The position numbers and the translations under genes are program-made. From positions 1,401,858 to 1,465,857 of the forward strand of contig NW_003314296.1 of assembly GCF_000143415.4 (NCBI RefSeq): a stretch of 64,000 nt of DNA, written 5' to 3'. How positions within the stretch are numbered: the stretch's first letter is position 1; each line of letters starts with the position of its first letter. Below the pieces are notes generated by a model. The model worked only from the letters and a program-made list of their open reading frames with translations, had not been told where the DNA came from and searched no databases. Positions 24,971-36,930 of this stretch are shown here, in pieces. Source of the stretch: Selaginella moellendorffii (Eukaryota; Plantae; Lycopodiophyta).

Positions 24971-27488
24971 ATATTTTGGCTTTTTCCATTTTGAATATTT
25001 TTTTAATTTATTATTTATTGATCTCAATCATATAGATAGAGCTAGACAACTAAATATTTTTATTGAAAATTGAAGCTCACTTTATATAAGTTACTATTAT
25101 TTTTCTTATATTAGAGAATTATATTAAGAAAATAGGTTTATTGAAATATCTTTATTTTATTTTAGTTTCCTGAGAGAACAAAGCTACTATTAAGTAATAT
25201 TATTCTGTTTTTTTTCCACTTACTTAATACTTTACAAAAATCTGGGAACTCCTTAAAATATTAAAATTTACAGCTGATTTCTTAAGAACATTTTCTAGCA
25301 TAATGTCAAGAGCACAAAGTACAAAAGTGCTTAGCTCTAAAGTTCTCTTTAGTCATTTGCTCACAACCTCAAATACAGGAATGAATAGAAAATTTGATCA
25401 TTTATCCAAAACATAAATGTAGAAGTAAGAAAGCATTCTAGACTGATTTAAAATTAATAACTTGAAACATATACTATGAATGGGGTCAAAGTATACATTC
25501 TAAAACAGATAATAATTCATGGTAGGCTCTGTAAGATAGGATATTGAGATAGATCAACATCAGCAGAAGAACTACAGGAGTCACTTGAACATTTGCTCAA
25601 TTCACCTCTACAATTAAATCTTGGATCTAAAATCCCCTCACTTCACAGAGGATGCCGAAACCCGGCACATTTGCACTCAGGTAAGAAACGCTTGCCGGGG
25701 CGTGATCACAAGAACAATACACGTATTAAGACACGTGATGAGATCGGCATTTATGAGGACCTAACCTAACAAGCTCGGCTAAAAGGGCTGCCATAAATCC
25801 AGCATGTGAAAGCATTGTTTGTTTGTCAAGGAAACTTTCTCTGCTTTCTTTGTCTCGCTGCTGGGCTTAGCTGGCTGGCAACCAAAGATCGGAATTGACC
25901 TTTTGTTCTTTCTTGAAAGGGGGATTGCATTTGCCTTTAAACGGCTAGATTGCCATTGGATAACGAGTGTGTGGTTGGGTTGGCCCATCTCTCATATATT
26001 CTCCACCATTTTTTCTTTCTTCTTTATTCTATAATTTTATTTTATTTTGTTTGATTTGTCACAGTTTTATGCCTCTGCGAAACCCAAACCCCCACATTCC
26101 TGTTGACAGAGCGATAAGGTTTGTGTGATCCACGTTTCCCAGCACCGACTAAACAAATTCGAGGTACGGAAACGCGGACAGTACGAACTGGTGGTACGGA
26201 GATCTTCTAGAGATAATTTGAAAAAAAAAAGGAGAAAAAAACTAGAAAATTAAAAAGATGATGATTTAGACAACAGTGACCTGGCTTGACTTTGAGGATG
26301 TAAGTGGGACCAAGGTTTTGCCCTTTGCTTTGGAGACCAACGGGCTAACATCCATCCATTTATTTCTAGAATGAGCGCTGGCTTAAAGAGTAGCTTGCCG
26401 TGTCCTTTATAAACTTTGCTTACTCGCCAGAGGATTTCACTAAACAAATCCCGGCCTTTTAGTCTAATCAACCTCTCGATCCATCCAATGGGCAGGCGGA
26501 ATCTAGCGGCATCTTTTCCGCTTTGCGGACAGGGCGATGGAGAATTGAAGAAACCAGCAGTCAGGTCAATCAATCAATCAACAATTAGAAAGATCTCAAG
26601 AAACTAAAAACTAAGCGGAGATATCATGGACAATTGGGAGAGAGGGAATGGCGAGACCAGCCATGAAAACAAATCCGCCAGCTTAAACTATTCGTTCTGG
26701 GGATTTGCCTAGAGCACAGAAACAAGCACTTGTTTACACGCAACACAAGCCACAGGCTCTCTCTCTCGATCTCGATCCAGCAGCACAAAGAAATCTCCAG
26801 CGAAAAATCTTCTCACTGTTGATAGGAGCTGCTGCCCAATGTTAGCGAGCGCTTGCTGCTGAGATCAATTATAAACAAAGGCCTGGGATTTGTGCGTGTG
26901 TGTGTGTGATTGTTTAAAGTATCAACCAGTTTATACTTATACAGAAGGTAGTATACACTCGAGTCTACTGCTTGGCTGCAAATCCAAATCCCCTCGATGC
27001 AGAGAGGAAGAGCTTCACTTTTTGGCTTGCTGAAATTCCTCTGCCCATTGTGACTTGCATGCTTAAATAGAAGAAGAAAAAAAAAAAAAAAAAAATTGGA
27101 GAAAAGTACTGTAGTTTGTTGATTGGCTGCTGTTGTTGATGCTGTTGGTTGTCTCTCTGTGTACATATTACATAGGCCTAAGAATTTCTGTGAGGAAAAA
27201 GCTGAGAAGAGAAAAGAGAGCTCCCTCCACCCATGAGATCAAGATGATGGAGTCACCACAAAATGGTAATGAAACAAAGAGAGGGTAAACAGTTGATGGA
27301 GAACACAAGATTACAGAAGAGGACTACAGAAGAGGAGGGAGAGAGAGAGAGAACAGAGATTTTAAACAAAATTTTGGAGTTGGAGGAGATGAAAATGGAG
27401 GTGTTAAAAATGGAGGAAGTGAGAGGAGTGATGGAAGTAAGAAATAAAAGAGAGAGAGGGAGGGGGAGACAGAGAGAGAGAGAGGGGG

Positions 27489-28328
27489 TTAGGTGGGATC
27501 ATGAGGAGCATCTGTAGGTGACAACCTCTTGTTACCAAAAGTGTGCTTGTTATTGTGCATCCACACCTTGAGGACGTGCCGCTTGACGCCCGTGTCGGCG
27601 CAAAACTGCGCCACCTCCGCCTCGTCGTGCTTCTGGATCCGCCACCCCAGCTTCTCCGACAGCACAAACATCCGCTCCTTCTGCTCGTTGGTGAACTTCG
27701 TCCGGAACCTCTTCTTGAGCGGCTGGCCACCGCCACCACCGCCGCCGCCGCCACCGCCAAAGTCCGCCAGCCGCTTACCGCCGCCGTGCCGCGCGGTACC
27801 GCCCGGCGTGCCGCCCGCGGTGCCGTCGTCCTCCTTGCACAGGTCGCAGATTGGCTTCTCGCCCTCCACCTCGCGGCGGTGGAAGTTGCGGTGGCAGTCG
27901 CAAGCGCCGCAGCGCATGGAGCTCTCGTCCTCCTTGTTGGGCATGAACTCACCGCAGCCGTCTAGGGCATGGCCGCCGATCCCCGCGGCGTGGTTCTTGA
28001 GGCACTCGCGGTAGCGCACCGCCTTCTTGGTACCGTCGGGCTTGAGCAGCGCCAAATCTTTGCCGGGGTCGATCGATGCCGCTGCCGTGTTGCCGTTGTT
28101 GGATGCCGCCGCGGCCGCTGCCACTGCCGCGGAGGAGAGCTTGGCGAGATTTTGTTGCTGTTGCTGCTGCTGCTGCTGCTTGGCGGTGGGGGTGGAGGAA
28201 TCGTGGGCGGCGGCTGCCGCGGCGGCCGCGGCCATTGCCCCCGCGACGAAGCTCGGCGGCATGGGAATGGTGAGATCCGGGCGGATGCTGTTAGCGCTGC
28301 TGCTGTTGTCGTGCCCGCTCAAATCCAT
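27489..28328 (-). CDS. Zinc-finger homeodomain (ZF-HD) transcription factor, intronless, 279 aa
   Basis: [39 protein letters not shown] zinc finger and [26 protein letters not shown] homeodomain. Confidence 0.96.
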   Translation of the reverse strand: MDLSGHDNSSSANSIRPDLTIPMPPSFVAGAMAAAAAAAAAHDSSTPTAKQQQQQQQQQNLAKLSSAAVAAAAAASNNGNTAAASIDPGKDLALLKPDGTKKAVRYRECLKNHAAGIGGHALDGCGEFMPNKEDESSMRCGACDCHRNFHRREVEGEKPICDLCKEDDGTAGGTPGGTARHGGGKRLADFGGGGGGGGGGGQPLKKRFRTKFTNEQKERMFVLSEKLGWRIQKHDEAEVAQFCADTGVKRHVLKVWMHNNKHTFGNKRLSPTDAPHDPT

Positions 28329-29530
28329 CCGATGGATGCTTGCCTCCGGGAGATGTCTATCTATCGCGATGGAAGATTTCTTCCTTCGTCCTCTTCCCTC
28401 TCGAAATATCCCTTGTGTGTTCTTCCCCTCTCTCTCACAGGTGGAAGAAACCCTGCCTGCCTTCCAGACGGCCCTGAAACCCCCCCGGAGAGCTAGCGGA
28501 CGAATGCCGCGCGGATTTCTTCCTCCTTACGGCGAGATGGATGAGGATTTCCTGTGGCAGCAGCAGCCGCAATGGAATGGAATGGTAGAGGAAGAACAAG
28601 CAAGAGAGGGAAATTTTTGCCGGAGGAGATAGAATCGTCGGCCCGGTGCGGCGGAGCGTCGTCACGAATTGAATCGAAGCGATGGAGGAGTGGAGCGAGC
28701 AGCGCCTGGGATTCCCTCCTCCTCGCTCATCCACGCGCGGCGCAGCGAATTCGGCCGCGGCCGCTGCTGCGCGAGAGGAGCAATCGCCGCCCGGGCGCCA
28801 TACAGCCCTGCCAAGCGCTCCAGCGAGAGAGAGCGAGGGAATCGAAGGAGAATAGGGATTGAGGGGGGGATTGAGGAGGGAAGAAACGAAGGAGAGAAAA
28901 TGAATGGATGAAGAACAACGAGAAGAAGATGGAGGAGGAGGAGGAGGTTACTTAAAAGTGCTTAAACACATGGCTTTGTTACGCCTAACTAACCCGGTTA
29001 TAACACGAGGGGGTTTAAAGTAAACGGAGGGGGATTAGGACACAAACACTCCGTCAGTCTGACGGCGGGCAAAGCCGTCGCTGTTGGTAATCAAGACAAG
29101 CAGCATATTCCTCCTGCCAACCACGTGTCGGTGTTTTAGTGGGTGAGTTGTCTGTATACGTGGCAGAATGTGGCATTGCCACGTCGTGGAATCCAAAGCG
29201 TTGGGCTCTTTGTTTTGGGCAAATGTGACGGCTCGCACGGAGAATTGGTTTCTAGGTCACAGACATCTCACGTCCAGGCAAACTAGTGGAATTGTGGCAA
29301 TGGGGTTGGAGTTATAAATTACTATGACATATGTAAAGGAATCTCCTTAGATGCGTTCAAATAAGATTTTATGCAAAATTCCTTCATGTTAGAGCATGGG
29401 ATCAATTCTCTATGCTATGCAACTATACACGACTTAAAGTTCGTCAAGGAAATTTGAATGTTGGCTAGCTGATCCTAGACTTTGATACCAAAATAAAAAA
29501 CATATAAAGTTCTCTAATCTATAATTTTTC

Positions 29531-30412
29531 TTATTTAATTTCTGAAATCCATATACAAGTTTGATTATCTGTATCATACACAACTATGTGACCTGTGTTT
29601 TCTATACAAAGTGAAAACATAACCCATTCATTTTTCCAATATATACTTTTAGACCATATAACATTTAGATATTTATCATATACAGCTAAATTGCCATCTT
29701 TTCTTATTTGAAAGAAACATCCAACACCTTTTCTATTAGTTTTTGTATTCCAAATTACTAGTTTCCCATAATAAAGAACTAAGTTACAATCGAATTGCAT
29801 ATATAAAATATATAGCTGATTTGAAGATAATAAAAAAGCCCCACTTACAAGCATTGAAAAATAAGAAAGTAATGGCCCACTTTTAATACAAGTTTTATAA
29901 ATAGGACAATCATAAGCATCAAGTTCCAAATGATAAATGCTATTTATATTTTGAACTGGGAGTTGAATATTTTCATATGTTTCTATGGTGTAAGATATTG
30001 AGTAACGCTCATCTATATACTCAACAGATTTATAAGTGACAAAATCATTTAGAACATGGTCATTTAGAAGTTTCATAAATTCTTCTCTTAAAAATTTACC
30101 ATTATTAGATAAATGAAGATTAGGAATAAGGCTACATAATACTTTAAAGTAAATAAAAGCACTTTGTACATCAAAAGCCTCTATTGTGACCATTATATCT
30201 TTATTTTTACCATGTATTACCTTTGAATATGAAAATCCTATAAAAGTTTCTTTTCTTTCACCTGCTTTTGAAATAAGTTCTAAAACAATTGGAATAATAA
30301 CATTTTGCCTAAAATCTATTGTTATTGTACCTTCCGGCTTTTCATAATATTTACTTAAACATAAGCAATATGAAATAAGAAAAGGAGAAATTATTTTTAA
30401 TATGCTATACAT
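29531..30412 (-). CDS. AT-rich 293-aa ORF: putative signal peptide, unknown N-terminal domain and C-terminal bulb-type (GNA-like) lectin domain
   Basis: QFDCNLVLY, RKDGNLAVY and ENTGHIVVY are three QxDxNxVxY-like repeats, each followed by IW; hydrophobic N-terminus. Confidence 0.72.
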   Translation of the reverse strand: MYSILKIISPFLISYCLCLSKYYEKPEGTITIDFRQNVIIPIVLELISKAGERKETFIGFSYSKVIHGKNKDIMVTIEAFDVQSAFIYFKVLCSLIPNLHLSNNGKFLREEFMKLLNDHVLNDFVTYKSVEYIDERYSISYTIETYENIQLPVQNINSIYHLELDAYDCPIYKTCIKSGPLLSYFSMLVSGAFLLSSNQLYILYMQFDCNLVLYYGKLVIWNTKTNRKGVGCFFQIRKDGNLAVYDKYLNVIWSKSIYWKNEWVMFSLCIENTGHIVVYDTDNQTCIWISEIK

Positions 30413-30759
30413 TTAACTGCTAAATTCCTCAACCTAGTTTAATAAGTGCTTCAAGTTTCTTGTCAGCTGACACATGTGTAGAAACTAGAAACAGCTACAT
30501 TAATATAATAAACACAATGCATATATATATATATATATATAAAACATGTATTATATTTTGGCAAGCAATAGCACATAGTGCTAAATGTTACAATTTCTTT
30601 AGTTATTAGATTATTATTAAAAATTATTTGTAATAGTTTTCCTATTGCTTCTTTATTTAATAATGGCATAAAATCTAATATATTTAATTTTGAACCCAAT
30701 ATAGGGCAATGATCTCAATTGGATGGCATTGGATCTAATGAGAGGATGTGTTAGTTCGA

Positions 30760-32682
30760 ATGGTCCATGGGAGAACTCACATCTCCCCCCACTTCCTTGC
30801 CAGCATCTCCCAGCTCCTGAAAGACGATCTCGCCCAGCAGCTCAAGAAATGCACCGATCTCAACACTGGGAAGCTCCTCCACGCCCGGGTCCTCTCCTGC
30901 GGCCTCTCCCAGCATCGCATCCTCGCCCATCTCTTGATCCAAATGTATACCCGCCTCGAAACCAATCTCGACTCCGCCACGCGCGTCTTCGATCAGCTCC
31001 TGGTGAAGGACTGCGTCTCTTGCTCCGTGATCATGACCGCCCACATCCAGCACCGGCAATTGGATCAAGCCGCGGCGATCTTCCACGGTAGCCCCGAACG
31101 AGACGTTGTTTGCTGGAATGGAATGATCGCAGCGTTTGGGCAAAGCTCTCACGCCGCCACAGCGATCCAGTTCTTTCACAGGATGCCACAATGGAACACC
31201 GTTTCATGGAACTCTCTCGTTGCAGCATATGCCCGAACTGGGCATCTTGTGGAATCTAAATCCACGTTCGATTCCTGCCAACATAGAGACATCGTGACAT
31301 GGATCAACATGCTAACTTCATACAGTACACATGGAAAGTTGGCGGAAGCACGTGCCGTGTTCGATTACATGCCGGAGTGGACGGTGATAGCGTGGAACTC
31401 AATCTTTACAGCGTATGCCCATGAAGGGTATCTTGTTGCAGCTAAAGGGGTCTTTGATGAGATGCCAGAAAAGAGCCTTGCATCGATCAACGCGATGATA
31501 AATGCCTACGCTCAAAAGTCCCAGCTCCAGGAGGCGCGTGCCATGTTTGAGAAGCTTTCGGCGTGGGATATCCTCTCGTGGACGACACTGCTCCAGGCAT
31601 ATGCCGAGAACGGGAATATCCCCGAGGCAGAGGAGATATACTCGAGAATGCCGGAGCAGGACGTGGTCTCCTGGACTGCAATGGTGGCGGTGTACGCTCA
31701 ATCGGGGCAATTGGATCAAGCGAAATTACTCTTTGATCGAATGCCACGAAGAAACGAGGTGTCGTGGTGTGCAATTCTCGCTGGTTTTGGTGGAAATCTC
31801 CACACTGCCGAGGCGAAGGGGTTCTTTGATCGGATGCCACTCCACTCCCCAGTGGCTTGCAACACCATGGTGTATAGCTTTGCGCAAAACGGCTGCCTCA
31901 CTCAAGCAGTGGATCTGTTTGTGAATGTGAGTGATCACAATGTTGTGTCGTGGAATATGATCATCACAGCGTTTGCAAACAAGCGCGAGATCGATCGAGC
32001 TAAGCACCTGTTTGATCGCATGCCCGGATGGAACTCGGCATCGTGGAGCACCCTCACAGCTGCATATGCCCAAACTGGCGATCTTGTTTCTGCGAGAAAG
32101 ATCTTTGAGACAATGCCCGAGCATTGTGCTTTCTCGTGGAACACGATCATTGCCGGGTATGCCCAATCCGGGCAGCTTGTTAACGCAAAGTCTGCCTTCG
32201 ATGCCATGCCCGAGAAGGATCTGATAACCTGGAACGCGATGTTGGACGGCTACTCGGAGAATGGTTGTGGGCAACAAGCCATGGATCATTTCAACTCACT
32301 CCAGCTCGAGGGAGTGATCCCAAACGAGATCTCGTTCCTGGCGGTTTTGATCGCGTGTAGTCACATTGGCGAGCTCCATCAAGCTTGGGAGAAGTTTGCG
32401 TCGATGACTTCAGACTATGGCTTACAACCCGTGAGAGAACACTACTCCTGCATCGTTGACAGCCTTGGGCGGTCGGGACGGCTGCTCGAAGCAGAGGAAC
32501 TGATCAGGAATATGCCGTTTTCGCCGGACATAGCGATCTGGAACTGCTTGCTCAGTGCCTCGAAGCTATACCAAGATGTGGCTCGAGGAAGAGTGGCGGC
32601 CGAGAATCTTATAGACATTGATCCTGATGAACCTGTAGCGTATGTTATGCTTTCAAAACTTTATGACTCTTTGTTCTTATAA
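30760..32682 (+). CDS. PLS-class pentatricopeptide repeat protein with E domain (no DYW), intronless
   Basis: About 31-aa S-type repeats (FDRMP..VVSWNAMIAAYAQSG) and a C-terminal HYSCIVDSLGRSGRL..PDIAIWNCLLSA..AYVMLSKLY; first in-frame ATG at 30760. Confidence 0.92.
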   Translation: MVHGRTHISPHFLASISQLLKDDLAQQLKKCTDLNTGKLLHARVLSCGLSQHRILAHLLIQMYTRLETNLDSATRVFDQLLVKDCVSCSVIMTAHIQHRQLDQAAAIFHGSPERDVVCWNGMIAAFGQSSHAATAIQFFHRMPQWNTVSWNSLVAAYARTGHLVESKSTFDSCQHRDIVTWINMLTSYSTHGKLAEARAVFDYMPEWTVIAWNSIFTAYAHEGYLVAAKGVFDEMPEKSLASINAMINAYAQKSQLQEARAMFEKLSAWDILSWTTLLQAYAENGNIPEAEEIYSRMPEQDVVSWTAMVAVYAQSGQLDQAKLLFDRMPRRNEVSWCAILAGFGGNLHTAEAKGFFDRMPLHSPVACNTMVYSFAQNGCLTQAVDLFVNVSDHNVVSWNMIITAFANKREIDRAKHLFDRMPGWNSASWSTLTAAYAQTGDLVSARKIFETMPEHCAFSWNTIIAGYAQSGQLVNAKSAFDAMPEKDLITWNAMLDGYSENGCGQQAMDHFNSLQLEGVIPNEISFLAVLIACSHIGELHQAWEKFASMTSDYGLQPVREHYSCIVDSLGRSGRLLEAEELIRNMPFSPDIAIWNCLLSASKLYQDVARGRVAAENLIDIDPDEPVAYVMLSKLYDSLFL

Positions 32683-33931
32683 TGCTTGAAGCCATGGCTT
32701 ACGTAAATTACAAACTTGTGACAGGAATGTTGGGCTTGATGCTCGATCTTGGTGGCTCCAAGGACCACACTACAACCTTGAACTCCTCCTCGCCAGTGGC
32801 CAAGAGGAACACCCCTCGACAAGCACCCCCAATATCTAGTATGGGATCTCCTCCCACTGTTTGACAAAAGGGAATCCCAACGTAGAGCTTTCTAAGCTTT
32901 ATGGAGCGAGCGAGCTTGAGGCGCTTGTCTTGGGAAACGGCGCACAGGCAGCTGCAGCATGGTAGCGCATCGTCTTGATACAATTCTTCCCAGGGAAGAA
33001 TCTAGGTTGGCGACGTCTACACCTTCACTCGCGGCCATGCGGAATGGTGTCAATGCAACAGTGTTGAGCGCTCTGAGATTTTTCTAGAGCACCCTGTACT
33101 CGTACAAACACGTTGGCTTGTATGAGTTTGATGTGGCGAGCAACACGATCAGGATCTGGGTCTCCATCTCAGTCCGTCTGCGTGGCGAGCTGGAGCGAAA
33201 AGCTTTACATGGATGGCGTATGTTTGTACCTAAGGAGATTTTTGCAAAGACGGGTGTTGAGATTGCTGTGGTGCAACATGTTGGATCTCCACTTTTATAG
33301 TCAGAAATTTAGACGTTACAAATTTTCATATGAATAAATGTGTAAAAAAGAATATATAAAATAATTTGTTACGAGCATAGTGTTTATTAATCTAATTGAT
33401 CAAATGGAAGTTTATAATTTATAAACACAAGATTAATCTTATTGAATATAGAATATACTAGGAAGTGTTTAGGAAAGTTTATAAATTATAAATACAAAAT
33501 TAATTTAAATGAATAACAACCGTTAGATGATAGAATATCCTAGCATATCTAAGCATATTTTAAGGGACTCACAGGTTTGCTTAAGCAAACAAACAAAAAC
33601 ATTAAATAGAGATCAAGCTAAAATTAAAAGCCTTGAATTATCTTTATTGTGCACTAAAACTGTAAGGCCAAAAATGAAAAACGTTAATTTATAAAAAGTA
33701 AAAGTTGGATTCCCATCAGAATTACTAATTGTCTCCTTAATCCAGTTGTGTTAATTAGAGAAAAAGTAATCTAAATAAAATATTGCTAAACAGAAAATCC
33801 TGTAAAGCATCTGAGATATTCCGCTATCTATGGCAGCATAAACCCTAGAAAAAGGCGAAAGGGATCCACCAGGTAAGCATACGCTTGCGCGATCGATCAC
33901 TCGCCTGGCCCGCAGCAATGCGGCAGCAGCA

Positions 33932-36374
33932 ATGAAGAGATTGCAGTCGAGCAATGCGAGACGGACCCGCTTCTCGAGGTCCGCCTCCCTGCCTGGAGCA
34001 GCGTCGCCGCGTCTCAAATTCCATGGCTGGAAGACGAGCGTCGCGGTGATCCTCGGCGGCACGCTGCTGCTCGTCTCGGTCTTCTATCTCCAGGCTCGGC
34101 TGGGCGGATTTGGGTCGGTACTGAGCGGATCGAGCAGCGTAGAGGAAGACAAGGATGATTTCTCGGTCCAAGCGCAGAGGCTCAAGACTATGGGAAGAAA
34201 AGCAGCGGTGGAGGAGAGTAGCGGCAAGAAGATGGAACTAACCGACTTGGAGCAAGAGAATGCCGAGTTTGAGAGCTTGGATAGAGCAGCCGAGGCCAAG
34301 ATGGAGGAGCTGGAAGACGAGGATATGGAGCTAGACGATGCGGTGATCGAGGACGTGGATGTTTTGAGGCAGGATCAGGCTCGGCGAGAGGAAGAGGAGG
34401 AAGATCTAGAGGGTGAAGAGGGCGATGAGGTAGAGGACGAGCAAGATCAGGAGGTTCCAGTTTCTTTTCGAGGGGGTGTGGATTCGAAGGGTGGTGATGG
34501 TGGTGGCGATGAGAAAGTTCCGAGGAACAAGACTGAGAAGAGGTTGGAAAGGCTGGGCCAGATCAAGAGTTTGGAGCGGCATAGCCCGGAGGAGAGTGGG
34601 AAGAACGAGAACGATACTGGGAGAGTTTTGTGGGACAGTGTTCTTGGTGTGATCAAGATGCCGGTGGACGCAAAGCCTGCGGTTTTTGGTGGACGGAAGC
34701 TTGGACTTGGGAAAGATTCCTTCCAAGCTGAAACCAAAGATGCTGGGAGGGAGAAGCTGTCCTTTAGCAGCGACGACGAGCCTTTGGATACGAACCAAGT
34801 TGTGGACTTTGAGGACGCTCTCTTTTCAAGGAGGGAGAAGCAGGCTAGCTCTAAGCTGCTAGGTGCGAGTGCCTCTCAGAAGCAACGCGTTCCGCCTAAG
34901 AACGTTTTCGACGCGAGGTTTGCGAAGAGGATCCTCCGGCCACCTTTCGATCCTACAGGGAGCGCGCTTTTGCAAGACCCAGACACTCTGGAGCCTTGGG
35001 GGCTCACCAAGAGCGACCGAGCAATGTCCCGGAGCTTTCGAAAATCCGCGATGGAGGAAGCTGCTACTAGCGACGCTAAAGAGAATGCGGAAGACAAAAG
35101 CGTCGAGGTGGAGGGGAAAGTAAAGGCCGGGAATGGCAGGAAAGAGCTGCTGGAAACGCACGAAAAGAGGAGAAAGCGAGCAAAAGGAGACACTCGGAGA
35201 TGGGGGTACTTTCCAGGTCTCGACTCGATGCTATCGTTCTCCGAGTTTATGGAGCGTTTCCACGGGGAGAATGAATGCGAGCTCAACGTTTTCCAAGCGT
35301 GGAACTCGCCACCCTGGTCGTACACAGTCCGGCATCAGCGAGGACTCGAGAGCCTGCTTCACTTCCATCCGAAAGCTTGCGTCGTGGTCTTCTCGGAGAC
35401 CATGGAACCTGGTTTTTTCGATAAGTTTGCGAAGAAAGGGTGAGGACTTTCTTAGATGTGCTGGTGACCCGAGTCGTTTTCTCTTTGGCAGGCTGAGAGT
35501 GGCTGTGGTACGTCCGAACCTCGAAGAACTCCTGGAAAATACACCAGCCGAGATGTTTGCATCCGTCTGGGTGGAGTGGAGAAGAGTCGAGCTTTTCTAC
35601 ATCCATTACAGCGAATTGCTGCGTCTGGCTGCTCTGTACAAGTAAGTTTCAATCTTTTCTCCGAGCACAAGATAGATCTTCTCTTTGTCTTACTTGTGTC
35701 TGATTTGTGCAGGTATGGAGGAGTGTATCTGGATTCCGATGTGGTTGTCCTCAAACCGTTAACTTCTTTGCAGAACGCGGTGGGGATGGAAGCTCTGGCC
35801 GATGGCAAAACGAGGCTAAACGGCGCGGTGATGGCTTTTAAGAAAGCAAGGTACGCAAAAGCCATCACAGGTTTTTATTTCTCACGCCTTTCTTCTCCGT
35901 CCAGTGTGTTCCTCAAAGAATGCATGGAAGAGTACACTGCAACGTACGATGACAAGCTTCTCGACTACAATGGCGCCGACTTGCTCACTCGCGTCGCAAG
36001 TAGCGCGATCCCTGGCCAGAGTAACCGGACATGGCAAGAGAGCGAGCAAGAGTTACGCGTACTTCCATCGTCCTCGTTCTTTCCTTTAAGTTCCTCCAAC
36101 ATCAAGAGGTAAAGAAAGAAACGCTGCGAGACTTCTTCTTTGGTGGTTTAATCTTTTCTTGCTTTGCAGTTACTTCTTCGGCAAGAGGAGTAGCAGCGAG
36201 AGTTATGGAATGGAAGACGATCGGAAAGTGAAAGAAGAGGCTTTATTACTACTCGATGGCGCGTACACGCTCCACTTGTGGAACCGCGAGACAAAGTCGC
36301 TGGTTCCAGAGAGCTACAGCCTCGTGGGATTCGCGCTGGAGCAGCACTGCATCTGGTGCAGTGACGTGATCTAG
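33932..36374 (+). CDS. Alpha-1,4-glycosyltransferase (GT32, DXD motif) type II membrane protein, 5 exons
   Basis: N-terminal TM, VFQAWNSPPWSYTVRHQRGLESLL, HYSELLRLAALYK-YGGVYLDSDVVV, LNGAVMAF, YNGADLLTRV and TLHLWN. Confidence 0.9.
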
Positions 36375-36930
36375 ACGATGGATGATCGATCGAGAGAAGC
36401 TCGCTCGCTCGCTCGATCGATCGTTCGCTTTGCTACGGCAAGTAAGTAACGTCCTAGGCGAGCTCTTCTTTCTCAAAGCGACGACGGGAAAAGCTCGCCT
36501 AGGCAGTAAAAAAGAGTAAAAAAAGTGTGAGAAGTGATGTATTGTAATCTACCTATAGGCTAAAAGCGCTATAGAACAAAGCTAGCAGCGTTTTGTACAT
36601 ATCTATCTAGAAATCCAAGCACTATCAACAAAAGATCTCACTAGTCACGAAACTTTGATCCATCCACTCTTCTCTTTTGGAAGTTCTTTCATTCCAACGA
36701 TTCCAGTATTGACTAGCGCAACCTGGATGATATCACAAACCAACAGTGTGGATTAAAGAAAGAAATGAAGAACGTGGCCAGACCAGAATTACTTTTTTAC
36801 CAGTGGAGCCCGGCTTCTTCGCCGTTTGCGGCCACTCTGGCGATGCCTGGCGATGTTTTTTTACTGTTGCCATTCCCTGTTTTTACAAGATCTAATGGAA
36901 CTCTACATACCGGTGTTTGATCCATGGAGC

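Noticed and set aside
26095-26125. TTGACAGAG seed reminiscent of miR156/157
   Set aside because: Only 8-9 nt match and no complementary hairpin arm is visible
27404-28632. Overlapping and antisense ORFs of 140-200 aa around ZF-HD (similarly over WNK, both PPRs, the glycosyltransferase and auxilin)
   Set aside because: Expected shadows of GC-rich coding sequence with no recognisable motifs
32700-33340. Coding-like fragment (YEFDVASNTIR.., CVASWSEKLYMDG) suggestive of a kelch/F-box remnant
   Set aside because: Short, frame-broken and not assignable by eye
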